DNA from: Eledone cirrhosa
Lineage: Eukaryota
DNA: 64,000 nt
Reading direction: 5' to 3'
Assembly: GCA_964016885.1 (NCBI GenBank)
Contig: OZ024742.1
Span: 145,452,001-145,516,000, forward strand
Numbering within the stretch: the stretch's first letter is position 1; each line of letters starts with the position of its first letter. This document shows, piece by piece, positions 10,044-21,599 of the stretch. The notes beneath the pieces are model-generated. The model ran no database searches, was not told where the DNA came from, and saw only the letters and a program-made list of their open reading frames with translations. Position numbers and translations under genes: made by a program.

Positions 10044-10188
10044 TTTTATACATTTTATACAGAGAAAAGTGGCTCCAGAATGCAAAGCCCTGTAAACTGT
10101 ATTTCGACCAATCAGTGTGTAGTTTCACTGAATTACTACAGCTGATTGGTTTAAGCGTCACGGCTGGTTGAGCATGCTAACGCCCAAT
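10044..10188 (-). promoter_or_regulatory. Putative Pol II promoter in pLTR: two TATAAAA boxes and three CCAAT boxes
   Basis: TATAAAA on the minus strand at 10044-10050 and 10053-10059; CCAAT/ATTGG at 10108, 10145, 10184; placed upstream of the HHR and ORF1. Confidence 0.5.
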
Positions 10189-10286
10189 AGTCATATCCAA
10201 CGTATCAATTGTTTTGCTTTTTGAAATGATGAAAATAGCATTTTCTATTAATCATCACCATCAACATCACTTTTATTATTATTATT

Positions 10287-10319
<33 letters not shown>

Positions 10320-10475
10320 CGTGGTCATAGTGGTAGTAGAAGTAATACCCCTAGGCGTTATTATTGTTCATTTAGCTTGGGTTTGAATTTATCAATAAAA
10401 TTCTTTTCTTTGATTTTTCTCTTGATTTCACTTGGGCTGTGTAATTTGTAGAATGGGAATATTATAAATATATTA

Positions 10476-10523
<48 letters not shown>

Positions 10524-10528
10524 TATAT

Positions 10529-11394
10529 ACACATATATGTATGTAAAAGGTAAACAGAAATAACAACACAATCAGTACAGTATATGAAAGGAACACTTGA
10601 AATAGCAGGAAGAGGGTCTTGACGTTTCAGACGCTAGTCCTTCATCAGAAGAAAGAATGAGAAAATAGATAGATTGAAGAGACGGGAGGGCTGGAATTGG
10701 AAAAAATGTCTTTAGATAAAAATAACAGGTCCATTCATGTTGACATCTCTTGGAAAACTGTTGGTGCTGGCGTTTTGAGTATGATTTATTTTTTTTAGAA
10801 AAATGGATGATTGAGCGCGTCTACCTGAAATGGAAAAAAAAACGTTTTGTAAAAAGAGTTATACTTGTCCACATGCTTAAGCATGTGTGTGTGTTATTAA
10901 ATGTCCTTACGAAGCTAAGAAGAAATGTGTGTGTGTGTGCTTGTAAGTACGAAGCTATGAGCAAAAGTATGTAAATAAAAGGGTGTGTATGTGTGTATAC
11001 AGAGCAGTGAAGGGAAAAGTGGAGTGTGCATATTTTGTCGGCCTGTATTAGTTGTAAGAAAATATGTTTATGATCATGAGAGAGTGATAGGAATCTAGGA
11101 ATGAATGTACAAGTGCGTGTGATATTAAAGAAATTGGGGAGGTGAGTTGTGTCCAAGAAGGGAATAGGACCTAAGGCAGTGAATCAGGCTCTGTTCTGTC
11201 CTGGTACGCATGGCCTGTGATCCATGATGAAAAAGGACACCCAAGACTGAGACATGTAAGGAAGAATGACCAGGAGAACAGAAATGATGGGCGACAGGAG
11301 TATCCAAACCGAGTCGTATGTCCCTCAAATGCTCTGCAAAATGGTCCGCCATTATATATATACATGTGTTGAGTGTCAAAGGCCAACAAAGCAC
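10529..11394 (-). mobile_element. 5'-truncated second PLE (family B): GIY-YIG C-terminal remnant plus HHR-bearing 3' region
   Basis: ORF 11125-11394 reads DHFAEHLRDIR...TPVAHHFCSPGHS...RTRTEQSLIHCLRSYSLLGHN (PLE GIY-YIG C-terminus); 10529-10740 is an inverted near-identical copy of 4839-5050. Confidence 0.78.
10617..10652 (-). ncRNA. Minimal type I hammerhead ribozyme, family B
   Basis: Minus strand TCTT-CTGATGA-A-GGAC(TAGC)GTCT-GAAACGTC-AAGA. Confidence 0.8.
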
Positions 11395-11542
11395 ATGACA
11401 GATTTTTTGAAAATTTTATTTTTTCATTTTAAAAATCAAATGACAGTTATTGTAGTTGTAGGTGGGCCCTTTTGTCTCCTCCTAGCAACCAATATTTTTA
11501 TACCCAGTCCACCACTGTGTATATAGACGTATATATTATATA

Positions 11543-12399
11543 CTAGCCGAATTACCAGCCCGCTGCTGCATTTCACACATTTTTTTTGTAAGAAAATGGT
11601 GATTGATTTTATATCAGTGATATAATTTATGGAGAAAAACTCTGCATTTCAATATTATGTAAAATGTAATGCATGAAAAATTGGAAAACATTATTTTTTA
11701 TAATATATCAAATCAAAATTACATTATTAAATCTTATTCTTATTTTGTTTCTTGTAAATAATGTTTTTCAAAATATCAATTCAAAACTTGATAATTTCAT
11801 TTTTGTCTAAAGCATTATTTTCAAATTGACAACAGCTTCACCAGAACCGTTTTAAGATGCCCTACCCCCATCCCAGGATGGAAATTATTGCTCTACTTTA
11901 TCTGTTAGCAAGGCAGATTTGGAATTTGGAAGGCAAAGGTTTTATAATGCAACTAATTTGCTTCCACAAGATGCAGTACGGGTTTCTGCCAGGATGAGGT
12001 ACATCTGATACCCTCTACTTTCACAAGCAATGCAGTGGGATTCAAAGTTCCAATACTCAAGTTATGGGCTTCCAAAATGTTCACTATAGGTATCATATCG
12101 TGTCATTTACCTATGGTTTAAATTTCATATAAATCAAAGGGAAAACATTTTCAGCAGGGGTTTGTGCTCCCGGGGAACCCTTTGATTAAAATGAAATATA
12201 CTTATTCAAATACCCTGGGCAATGTAGTTTCAGAATATATACGGTTATGGGGGTCTATCCCCAAAACCATAGGAGGAGTTCGTGAACAAACAAACAGACA
12301 GGAACTACAATTTTTTTTTTTTCTTCAAAACCAATGAAATGTATGTTCCTGGTATGGCTCTGTTGTAATAACTGGCTTTAATAATCATATATATATGGA
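11543..12399 (-). mobile_element. Probable non-autonomous Helitron-type element
   Basis: Minus-strand 3' end ...GCGGGCTGGTAATTCGGCTAG|T; (TGTT/TGTC)n tract near the 5' end; the 5' boundary is uncertain. Confidence 0.45.
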
Positions 12400-12921
12400 G
12401 TGTTCTTAGTTTCTACCGTTTTAATTTGATCCATGTAGCATAGCTTTCATCGATGAATGAATAAATTATATTAGTCATTGACTAATATCATTTTTCCTCA
12501 TCCCCTATTTATTTCTAGTTAGGTTTTTAATGCTCCTTACATTAACTATGTTAACACAAACTTAGCTATGTTCTATGTACATTTATGTCTGTTCGTGGAG
12601 GTCTTATAAGATCAAAACATGTTTGAAGTTGCTGCCTGTATTTGTCAAAATACTTAAAATAATATTTGTCAATTACTAATATCGTTTTTCTTCTCACTGC
12701 CTAAATATTGACAGTTATTTTCTTATATTCCCTGCCACTAAATATGTTAACACCAATTTAACTGTTGGTGTATGAAGTTTACTCTAATGCATATGTATTT
12801 ATATGAACTGAATATTTGTACAAGTGTCAATTCATATTGTTCTTCCTGTTAGCAACCTATACCAACCCTATTCCTTGTTTTCATGTTTCATTATTTAATA
12901 ATATTCTCTTTCCTATTTTAG

Positions 12922-12982
12922 GGCTGGTAAGCCTCCATCAGGGCTCCATCTAGATGTACTCAAAGAAGGGAAAATGATTCAG
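12922..12982 (+). CDS. PPP1R8: Nuclear inhibitor of protein phosphatase 1 (NIPP1), first visible coding exon
   Basis: AG|...|GT; (W)AGKPPSGLHLDVLKEGKMIQ matches the NIPP1 N-terminus WAGKPPPGLHLDVVK. Confidence 0.9.
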
Positions 12983-14388
12983 GTAGGTACACTTCGTATT
13001 TAAACTTTTGTTATGCCAGTTTTGATTATTTTTGTCCGTACTTTACTGTGTTTTCAACAAATATACAAATATATGGCTTATTAATTTTGCTTAGAAAGAA
13101 CATTCTGTTTCCAAAAGTCCATTTGCAAATATCCAAATCTACATTACGTGTAAAAAGCATGTGTATAGAACTGATTATATATAGGAATATAACACTTGTG
13201 TGTCATATTACTATATAGGTAATTGGAATATTGGCTGTTAATTTATAATTATATACTACTGAGTAATAAGGCAAGGTATTTCATTTATTTGTATTGAATA
13301 CTCCCTGTAATTGGCTCATACCATCATCATCATTCTTACGTCTGCTTTTCCATGTTTGCATGGGTTTTCTCCAGTACAGCTTCCTTTCACTCATCACATT
13401 CCTTCATCCTCTCTGTTTCATTCAGCATTCTAAGATTAGCTCTCACCTCTTCTGCCCAAGTTTTCCTGGATCTTCCTTTCTGTAGCTTCTTTTCACTTTG
13501 AATTCTTGACACATCTTCACCCAATGATCATCATCAATATACATCACATGTCTACACCAATGGAATCTTCTTTATTGTATACTACAGCTGATCCCTCTTA
13601 AGCCTAGTTTTTTCTTTCACCTCATCTGTTCTTCGGTGTTCACACACACACTAACATTACACATCCAATGCAGCATTTCTTTCTAACACTTGCACATCTT
13701 CTACATTCAATGCCCATATCTAACTACCATGCAACATTACACTTTGTATGCAGGCATCATATATTCTACCATTTATTCAGAGAGAGAATCTATTTGTTGC
13801 CAGCAGAAGTAAGTACTCAAATATAGGTTATTACAGTTTTGTTGATAGGCTATCCTGAAGAGAAATTTTAGTTTGTGGGATGCAGATGTGGTAATCTTTA
13901 TATATTGAGGCCACCAAAAGAGGAGACCCCTTCAATGTTGACCATGGGTTTGCACCTAGAAAGTTCTTCTCTGCGGTACAAATTCTGGCAAGGTATATTT
14001 GTGGAAGACCAGTAGTCACCCATGCATGCCAAGGGAAAGATAAAAGTTAATACAGCCTGGTACTAGTAGAGTCGCAACTCATTTTTTCCAGCTGAGTGAA
14101 CTGAAGCAACAGGAAATAAAATGCCTTGCTCAAGGACACAACTCACCATCTGGTCCACAATTTTGAGCCCACCACTAAACCACCAAAACAGATCATCCCA
14201 AATTATTAATGCCTAGCCTCGGGCTATTTGGGAGTTCAAATATAGGCAATGTTCAAGAGTGTTTCTTTGATATTTATTGCAATTGTAACTTGATGTTGTT
14301 AGAGAAGACTAAATTGTTTTCAAGATCATTGTTCATCATTAATCAGCCCATGAACTTTTCAGCCAACCCTCATATGTATATATATATG

Positions 14389-14729
14389 GAGGCACATGGC
14401 TTAGTGGTTAGAGCATTGGCTTTGCAATCAAAAGGTTGTGAGTTCAATTCTCAGACCGGGTGATGTGTTGTTTCCTTGAGCAAGACACTTTATTTCACAT
14501 TGCTCCAGTTTACTCAGCTGTAGAAATGAGATGATAGGGACTGGGGTCCATATCATTCCACTGCAAAGTGGTCATAGAGGTGCCATGGCAAAAAAGCACC
14601 CAGCACTCACTGTAAATGAGGTTGGTGTTAGGAAGGGCATCCAGCTGTAGAAATCAAGCCAGAATCAGTTCCCGTCCCACCCTTGCAAGCAGGGAAAAGC
14701 GGACGTAAAATGATGATGATGATGATGAT
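14389..14729 (+). mobile_element. tRNA-derived SINE (V-domain-like core, RTE-derived 3' tail, (GAT)n end)
   Basis: A box TGGCTTAGTGG, B box GAGTTCAATTC, CCTTGAGCAAGACACTT core; tail shared with the RTE end at 23340-23400; more copies at 43.3 and 44.1 kb. Confidence 0.85.
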
Positions 14730-14754
14730 ATATAAAACTTGATTTTCTTTGCAG

Positions 14755-14908
14755 AAATTGATGATTGATGAGAAAAAATGCTATTTTTTTGGCCGCAACA
14801 AACAGCTGTGTGACTTCTGCATTGACCATGCTTCCTGCTCTCGTGTACATGCTGCTTTAGTGTGGCATAAACACCTATCCAGACCTTTCATTATGGATCT
14901 TGGCAGCA
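14755..14908 (+). CDS. PPP1R8: NIPP1 exon (FHA domain)
   Basis: KLMIDEKKCYFFGRNKQLCDFCIDHASCSRVHAALVWHKHLSRPFIMDLGS; CAG| and |GTAAGT; phases consistent. Confidence 0.95.
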
Positions 14909-15021
14909 GTAAGTAGACTTCTTCTTTTTTGTCTATTCTTCAAGAAGCTATAGAATATATTAAGAAGATTAATTTTGTGTTTGTTCAATATGATTTTGTT
15001 TGTTTTCTTATCATTTCATAG

Positions 15022-15242
15022 CACATGGTACTTTTATTGGTCACATACGGTTGGAATCTAAAAAACCACAGCAAGTTCCTGTCGATAGTGAAATCCATTT
15101 TGGTGCCTCAACTCGAATATACATTATTAGAGAACGTCCACAGCCAGTTAGTAACCTTGGTGGTTCTGAAGAACTTGAAAAAAGGAATGACGACATTGAA
15201 GGTGGACTTTTAGGTCTTCCAGAATCAGAAACAGAACTTGAT
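15022..15242 (+). CDS. PPP1R8: NIPP1 exon (end of FHA domain)
   Basis: THGTFIGHIRLESKKPQQVPVDSEIHFGASTR...GLLGLPESETELD; TAG| and |GTAAGT. Confidence 0.95.
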
Positions 15243-15844
15243 GTAAGTTTACTGTGCACCTCATTATCTAACTAAATTTATGATGTGAAAGAATTGAAAG
15301 TCAGTATTAATTGCAGATTTGTTCTCAGAAGCTAAATTATATCAGCTATTATTTTCTAAGGCTCAAACAGTGAGTTAGTCCAAGTCAACAAATGTTAAGT
15401 TAATTAGAGATTTTTTTTAGAGAACTTTATTCTACTTGCCACTGCCATAATTGAAACTTAAGAGTCAGTCCAACATCCTGTAATGATTCAACAGAAAATA
15501 TCTAAAAGTGGTTTTGTTAATTCAGATGTTTATAGTATCTTTATTAGTAGAGATCATTGCAAACATTTGCTGTATTATAATAAAGACTTAATTTTTTAAT
15601 GTGATACAGTCATAGTGCTGTTTTGTATTTTTCAAGAATGTCTTGCTAGTGTGATTTCATGCAGTACAGAACATTACGAGTTAAACTACTCTCATTACCT
15701 TCATGACTATGAAATGTAAGAAATAGTGTCTAAATTCTCCTCAAATCACACTCTACCATCTTAAAAGGGAAGGACACACTTGATAATGTAGTCCTGGATA
15801 CATTGTCTTCTTTTCTTTTTCTTCTTCTTCTTCGCCCACTTAAT

Positions 15845-16215
15845 CCTAGGAGAATTGTGGGGGCAGAGCCCGCAAACACTCCTTCTAGCGGATCATGTCA
15901 GAAGCAACTGATCCGGCTGGATCCCCAAGCGAGACCAACCAACTATCTTGCTTGGGGTCTACAACTGGGTTTCCTGCCTGTTGGTTTTGGCCTTAAAATC
16001 TGTCCAGCAATTCTTCCCTGAGACATTCTAACCACATGCCCATAGTATCGAAACTGTGATCTCTCAATTCGGAGAAGTAGCAGCTCTACTTGAAGTGACT
16101 CTCTAATCTCCGAGCTACGCTCTCTGTAGAGTAACGTTACTCCAAAGACACTTCGGAGGAACTCCATTTCTGCTGCTTGTATTCGAGATTGTATTCTTTC
16201 AATCATTACCCAAGA
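15845..16215 (-). mobile_element. RTE-clade LINE 3' fragment
   Basis: RIQAAEMEFLRSVFGVT...IERSQFRYYGHVVRM...RIAGQIL. Confidence 0.75.
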
Positions 16216-16836
16216 TAAGTAAGGATTGGCACGAATACCGGATACATTGTCTGAAAATAAAAAAGGATGGTCATGGTTGGAATACTTTGATCATACGTAT
16301 AATTGTTAAACAACAGCAACAAACTTCATAACCTTCTCTCTACTTCTATGTTTCTAAGCAGTTTCTATCTTTACTTTTTTTTTTGTATTACTCTGCTTGC
16401 TTTAGTTTATCTGGATGACAAAAGGTTTCAGTTCTATTTGACAGTTGAGTTGCTAGCAAGATAAATCAGCAGCAAAAATAATCACTCCCAAAAGATCCAA
16501 ATTCTCAAGAATCTTTCTACTTTTGTCACTAAAGAGTAATTGATGTAGAATAGAAAAGAATGCTTATTAATTATTAGATGTTTTAAAATGTAAATATACA
16601 AAGTATATATCATCATAATCATCATCATTATCTAATGTCTTTTTTCCCAGCTAGCAAGGGTTGGATATGTTGAGACAGACTATGTGTATTTTATCAGGTC
16701 AAATGTAATATGTAAAGGTTCCTAAATTGATTTGCATTTTTTTATGGTTATCTCTTAAGAAATGTAATGTGAAGTTATTATCATTGTTATTAGGGATTTG
16801 ATTCTTATTTTTAATTTTCCTTTTTGTTTTGGTCAG

Positions 16837-16981
16837 AACTTAACAGAATTCAACACAGCACACAACCGTAGAATAGCCTCTCTTGTTGACATACCTGACC
16901 ACTCAGTACCAAACCCTTTAAAAAGGAAACGGAAAAGTGGCCATGTTTTATTCCGAGATGAAGATGAAATCATCAATCCTG
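16837..16981 (+). CDS. PPP1R8: NIPP1 exon (central PP1-binding region)
   Basis: NLTEFNTAHNRRI...KRKRKSGHVLFRDEDEIINP; CAG| and |GTAAGT. Confidence 0.95.
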
Positions 16982-18151
16982 GTAAGTTTTATAATCATCA
17001 TCATCATTATCATCTATAGTATTATCATCATTTTATAACATCATCATCATTTTTATAACTATCAGCATAACTCTTCATTATGCCACTTACCAGGACTAAT
17101 GAATAATCCAATTCTGAGGGTTGATTTAATTGATAAATATCTGGCCTTATGTCAGTGTAAAAAATCATTAAATTAATTGAGACGGTTAAACTCCCTAAAG
17201 TTAGAGGTAAATAAATTTATTCCAAGTAAAGAAACAAAAATGACAATGTGTGAGTGTGTGGGTGTGTGTGTGTGTAAAACATTGGTAAATTGGAAATGAA
17301 TGATTAGAGATGGCAGAGTAGATTTTTGACATACACAATGCATATGAGAAATAATGAGATGGTGAACTGGCAGAATTGGTAGAGCATTGAACAAAATATA
17401 GTGTGGCGTTTAGCTATGTTCCTTTACATTTTGAGTTTAAATCCCACCCCAGTCAACTTTGCTTTTCATTGTAGGTCAGTAAAACAATGCCAGTTAAATA
17501 CAGTCATCACTGTAATCAACTTAACCTTTAACCCTTTTGACATCAACCTGGCTGTGACTGCCTCTTGTTTTATTATACAAAACTGCCCATTTTAAAATGT
17601 TCATATTTTGATTAAACTCACAAATTTCACAATATTTCAAATAACCACTTTCATACATCACCTGTAATCAACCAGCTTCACCCAGTTATAATTGCACATC
17701 TAATAGTCTGTTGTTTTGATGTTCAGTCTCATATATGTATTTATGGTTATTATGTTACCTATTAACAACCACAAAGTTACATTTCGGTCTCAGCCTCATC
17801 ACTATCTAGCCACATATTAACTTCTCTTTCCATGCATTTTATGAACAGTAGCATTATTGCTTACAGGTTTCCAACAGGCCAGTCTCTGGCTCACTGCATT
17901 TCTGATGGCGAGTGTAACCAGGGAGAGTGTGCAACTCATGTGGATCAAATACCACAAGGTATTTTGTTCAAAAGCACTGATTTATTGGTTCTGATGGTCA
18001 CATATTTAGCTGATACACATCAGTGCAAGACAAAACAAAACATAGACTTGTATATACATATTCAATGGACTTCTGCACAATTTCTATCCAACAATTTCCA
18101 TCTAACAAAGCATTGGTCAAATTGAGACTATGGTATAAGCCATTTGCTTAA

Positions 18152-18475
18152 CCCTTTAGCATTTACATTACTGTAATGGCAAGACAAGGTCAGCTGACCG
18201 GACACTGCCCACAACAGGACAACTCGTCTAACCCATGCTAGTGTGGAAGAACGGACGTAAAACGGTGATGATGATGATGATATACTATTGTATTTTTGTA
18301 GTAAAGGCTTTATCTTACATAATTATCTCACATAATATCAAATCTATGAGATTTTGATGTTATCTATTTTGAGAACAATACCTTAATGTCGGTATGAGCG
18401 GCCTGTTACAGCCAGTTTGAACAAAAAGAGGCAAGAGAATTCTGAACGGATATGTCCGGTTTAAATGCTAAAGGG
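18152..18475. mobile_element. TTAA-flanked MITE (piggyBac-type) containing a nested (GAT)n-tailed retroposon fragment
   Basis: TTAA|CCCTTTAGCATTT ... AAATGCTAAAGGG|TTAA; same family as 61272-61492. Confidence 0.8.
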
Positions 18476-20711
18476 TTAAAGTACTGCATTGTGCATCCAA
18501 GCCTGGAAGCACATGGCTGTATAGCAATCTTCTTAGAAATCCTACATGCCCAATAGCAGAATTTACTTTTATGTGATCAAGCTAGTTAGTTCACTCCTCC
18601 ATCTCACTTTGAATACACAACACACATGAATTAATTCCCAACGTAACATCTCAATTGCCTAGTTGAAAAAGTATAATCTCACAAACTTAGCAGCCTTTGT
18701 AGCAACAAACTATCTTTTCTAAATACAGATACACCACTGGTTTTGTGAAAGCCTTGGTTCCAGACTGGTGACAGATTATGTTTTGTTTGACTGTATAATA
18801 GTTTAGTAGAAACATATTTCAAAGTCAGAAACACTCTCCTTCACTCTCATCTATAATAATAAATGTTTCTAATTAATTCTAATATCATACAGTAACCTCC
18901 TAACGTGTATTAACTAGTCTGGTAGATTAGAGGAGGTTTCGGTGTCTGCCAGTTATTATATTAGGTGATATGATAATATGCATCCAGTCCCATCTGCAAA
19001 GTGGTGGTGGGGCTGGTGTCATGAACAAGGCACCTAGTACACCCTGTAAGGCAGTTAACATTAGAAAGGGCATCCAGCCATAAAAACCATGCCAGATATG
19101 GAATGTTATGAGCAAAATTTGTCATTCTGATTTGTCTGGTCTTCGACCATGACAACCTGTCCAACCCCTGCCAGCATGGAAAGTACAAAAGCAATCATAT
19201 CAAAGAAAACCCCAGTATGGACTAAATTCATGCAGAATCTTAGACAAAAGGTAAATCAGATTTTCTAAGACAACCACCACCCTTTAGACAAAGAAATAAA
19301 CTAACAAGAGGAAGTAACATATCCCAAAATTGGGTGTGCATGAATAATTCAGAACAATAATATTTGTGTGTTGTAGTTATTTTTTTTTAATAGCTAAAAA
19401 TGACCTTCCCACAATTCTATTGATACAATGCCAAACACACACACACACACACAGATCAAAGCCATTTGCAAAATAACTAGTTTTAAAATATAAAATATAT
19501 GTGTAAGTGTGCATATATATATATACTTCAATGAAAATACAAGAAGGCTGGATTTCAATATCTTCCATTAATGTTGCACAATTACATAATATATATTTCT
19601 GTGGTTCGCTTACATCATCAGACGATGGAGCAAGACAGTATGCAATATCATCAGATATAATGAACATAAAAGGATTAGTTTAGTAATCCCTACTGGGTTT
19701 CAGCAAAATATAACAAAGAATTGATATGGAGGCAACCCAGCTAGTGATGCCATCACTACGACAGACAGCTTAAACAAAATCTTTTATGTTTTGATAATGT
19801 CGTTGATTGTCTTTCATCATGGTCCGATGAAATAAGCCAGCCACAGAAATATGGATTATGTAATTGTGCAACATTAAAGGAAGATATTGGAATCCAGCCT
19901 TCCTGTATTTTCATTTAAGTATTTAACTCCGTTCCTCTACCAACCACAAGACACCACATCTCTGATAGAAGTTACGCATAACATCGAGTACTTTTGCTTA
20001 TTGCATCGTGGTCTGCTAATCTGAATAACTGGATCACAAACCCAGTTACCTATTAGTTAAACCTTCCAGCGTAAACAGAATATATATATAGTGTAGGTAG
20101 TACAGTGAAGTACTGGTGTTGTTACCAAATCAAGCACAGGCAGAGTGTATATAATATAAAAAATCAGGAAGTTTTGTTTACATATGAAAAATAATTATTG
20201 CGTATGGACCTGTTACGCACGTTTCGCAAAGGATTGGCTCAAGGTGACCCATAGGAGTTATGGACCTGACTCCAATATCGATCTGCTCCTCAGACTGATG
20301 ATGCGACAAAAGATTTTTTTTTTCTCTATTATATATATATATACACACACAAACACACATTTATACTGCATTTTTTTCAAATTTTTTATGTATATCCTTC
20401 AGCCATTTTCTTTGTCCTTTTTGCTTGTGCAACTCTTGGGCAATTAGTGAACCACAATTAGCTCATCATGGCCACCCTATTGGAGCTGATGTTACTTGAT
20501 CACGGTTTCAATGAAGGAACTGTTGGCTTGCTTCAGCATGCTGTGCTTATACATGTAATTGCTGCTGTATTATTGAATTATTCTTTATTTGATTTCTTCA
20601 CTGGCTGTAAAAACATTACTTCGAAATGTCCCATCCAACCTTTGCTAGCTTGAAAACATTAACATAAAAATGATGTTGATCATGATGATGATATATTTTT
20701 TTTTGTTACAG

Positions 20712-20776
20712 AGGACATTGATCCAAGTATTGGTAAATTCCGGAATCTTGTGCAGACAACTATTATTCCTAGCAAG
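20712..20776 (+). CDS. PPP1R8: NIPP1 exon
   Basis: EDIDPSIGKFRNLVQTTIIPSK matches NIPP1 EDVDPSVGRFRNMVQT; CAG| and |GTTAGT. Confidence 0.93.
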
Positions 20777-21599
20777 GTTAGTAGCTAACTATTAACACTT
20801 GGTCCTATTAATTAATTTTATATCTGTGCGTGGTTAAAGTACTTTGGTGAGTGGGATCTTTGCCTAATTGTTGGATGACCATCTTTTAAATACACATGTT
20901 TGTGTAGCAGCAACAGCACTATTTCATTATATATGTAAACAGTACTCTATTGTGTAGCTTACATGAGCTTTATAGTCAGTCATTAACTGATCAGAGCTGT
21001 AGTTTTTCTTGGTTCTAAAGAGGAATTCTACCTATCTTTGTTATGCCAAGAAGAGAAAGTATGCACAGTCCGCAAAGTGAGAGAAAAAATTGTTTGTTTG
21101 GACATAAGTCCCATATATACAAACACAACAGAGAGAGAGTAAGTGAGAAAAAGAAAGAGAACAGAGGACACAGGCAGAAGGTAAAGTGTTCATATGGATA
21201 TGAATCCTATATATACAGACACAATGGTCAGAGAAAGTAAATGAAAAAACAAGAGAGAAGAGGACAGAGAATGCAGGCAGTGTAAAGTTAAATACATATC
21301 CATTTGAAAAAGTTACCTGCATGGCTAAAATCATACAAAGAATCAAAAAGGGTGGGCAAAGACAATGGTAAAACGGACCAAACACAGTACACTCCCTTCT
21401 CTTTAGTCGACTGCTGGTGGTCTTCGATACCACTAATGCCAGGATGATTGGTTTTTCGACTATTTACAAAAAATAAAATTTGCTACAAACCAATGTGCTG
21501 CAACTACAATAAAGAAATAGAATATATATATATAAGATCAGAGGCGTGCGGTGTTCCACATTGCAAGGCAGTGTGTCAATGCAAATCAGGATGTTGTTG

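Larger units (their letters stand above)
5565..10471 (-). mobile_element. Full-length Penelope-like retroelement (Neptune/Nematis-type): 5' pLTR - ORF1 - RT - Zn-finger linker - GIY-YIG - 3' pLTR
   Basis: ~700-bp direct repeats (5565-6263 / 9766-10471) that include the 3' end of the GIY-YIG ORF; PLE-type RT and endonuclease motifs; HHR in each repeat; (TA)n flanks. Confidence 0.93.
9766..10471 (-). repeat. 5' pseudo-LTR of the PLE
   Basis: Direct repeat of 5565-6263, starting inside the GIY-YIG coding sequence. Confidence 0.92.

Noticed and set aside
12330-12356. Possible PPP1R8 exon 1 ending TG|GTATGG
   Set aside because: In-frame TGA just upstream and no resemblance to the expected F/Y-x-x-P-x-W N-terminus
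14389-14460. tRNA gene (Cys-like head); likewise at 43570-43640, 44061-44130 and 63033-63125
   Set aside because: No proper acceptor stem; each continues into a SINE core and tail
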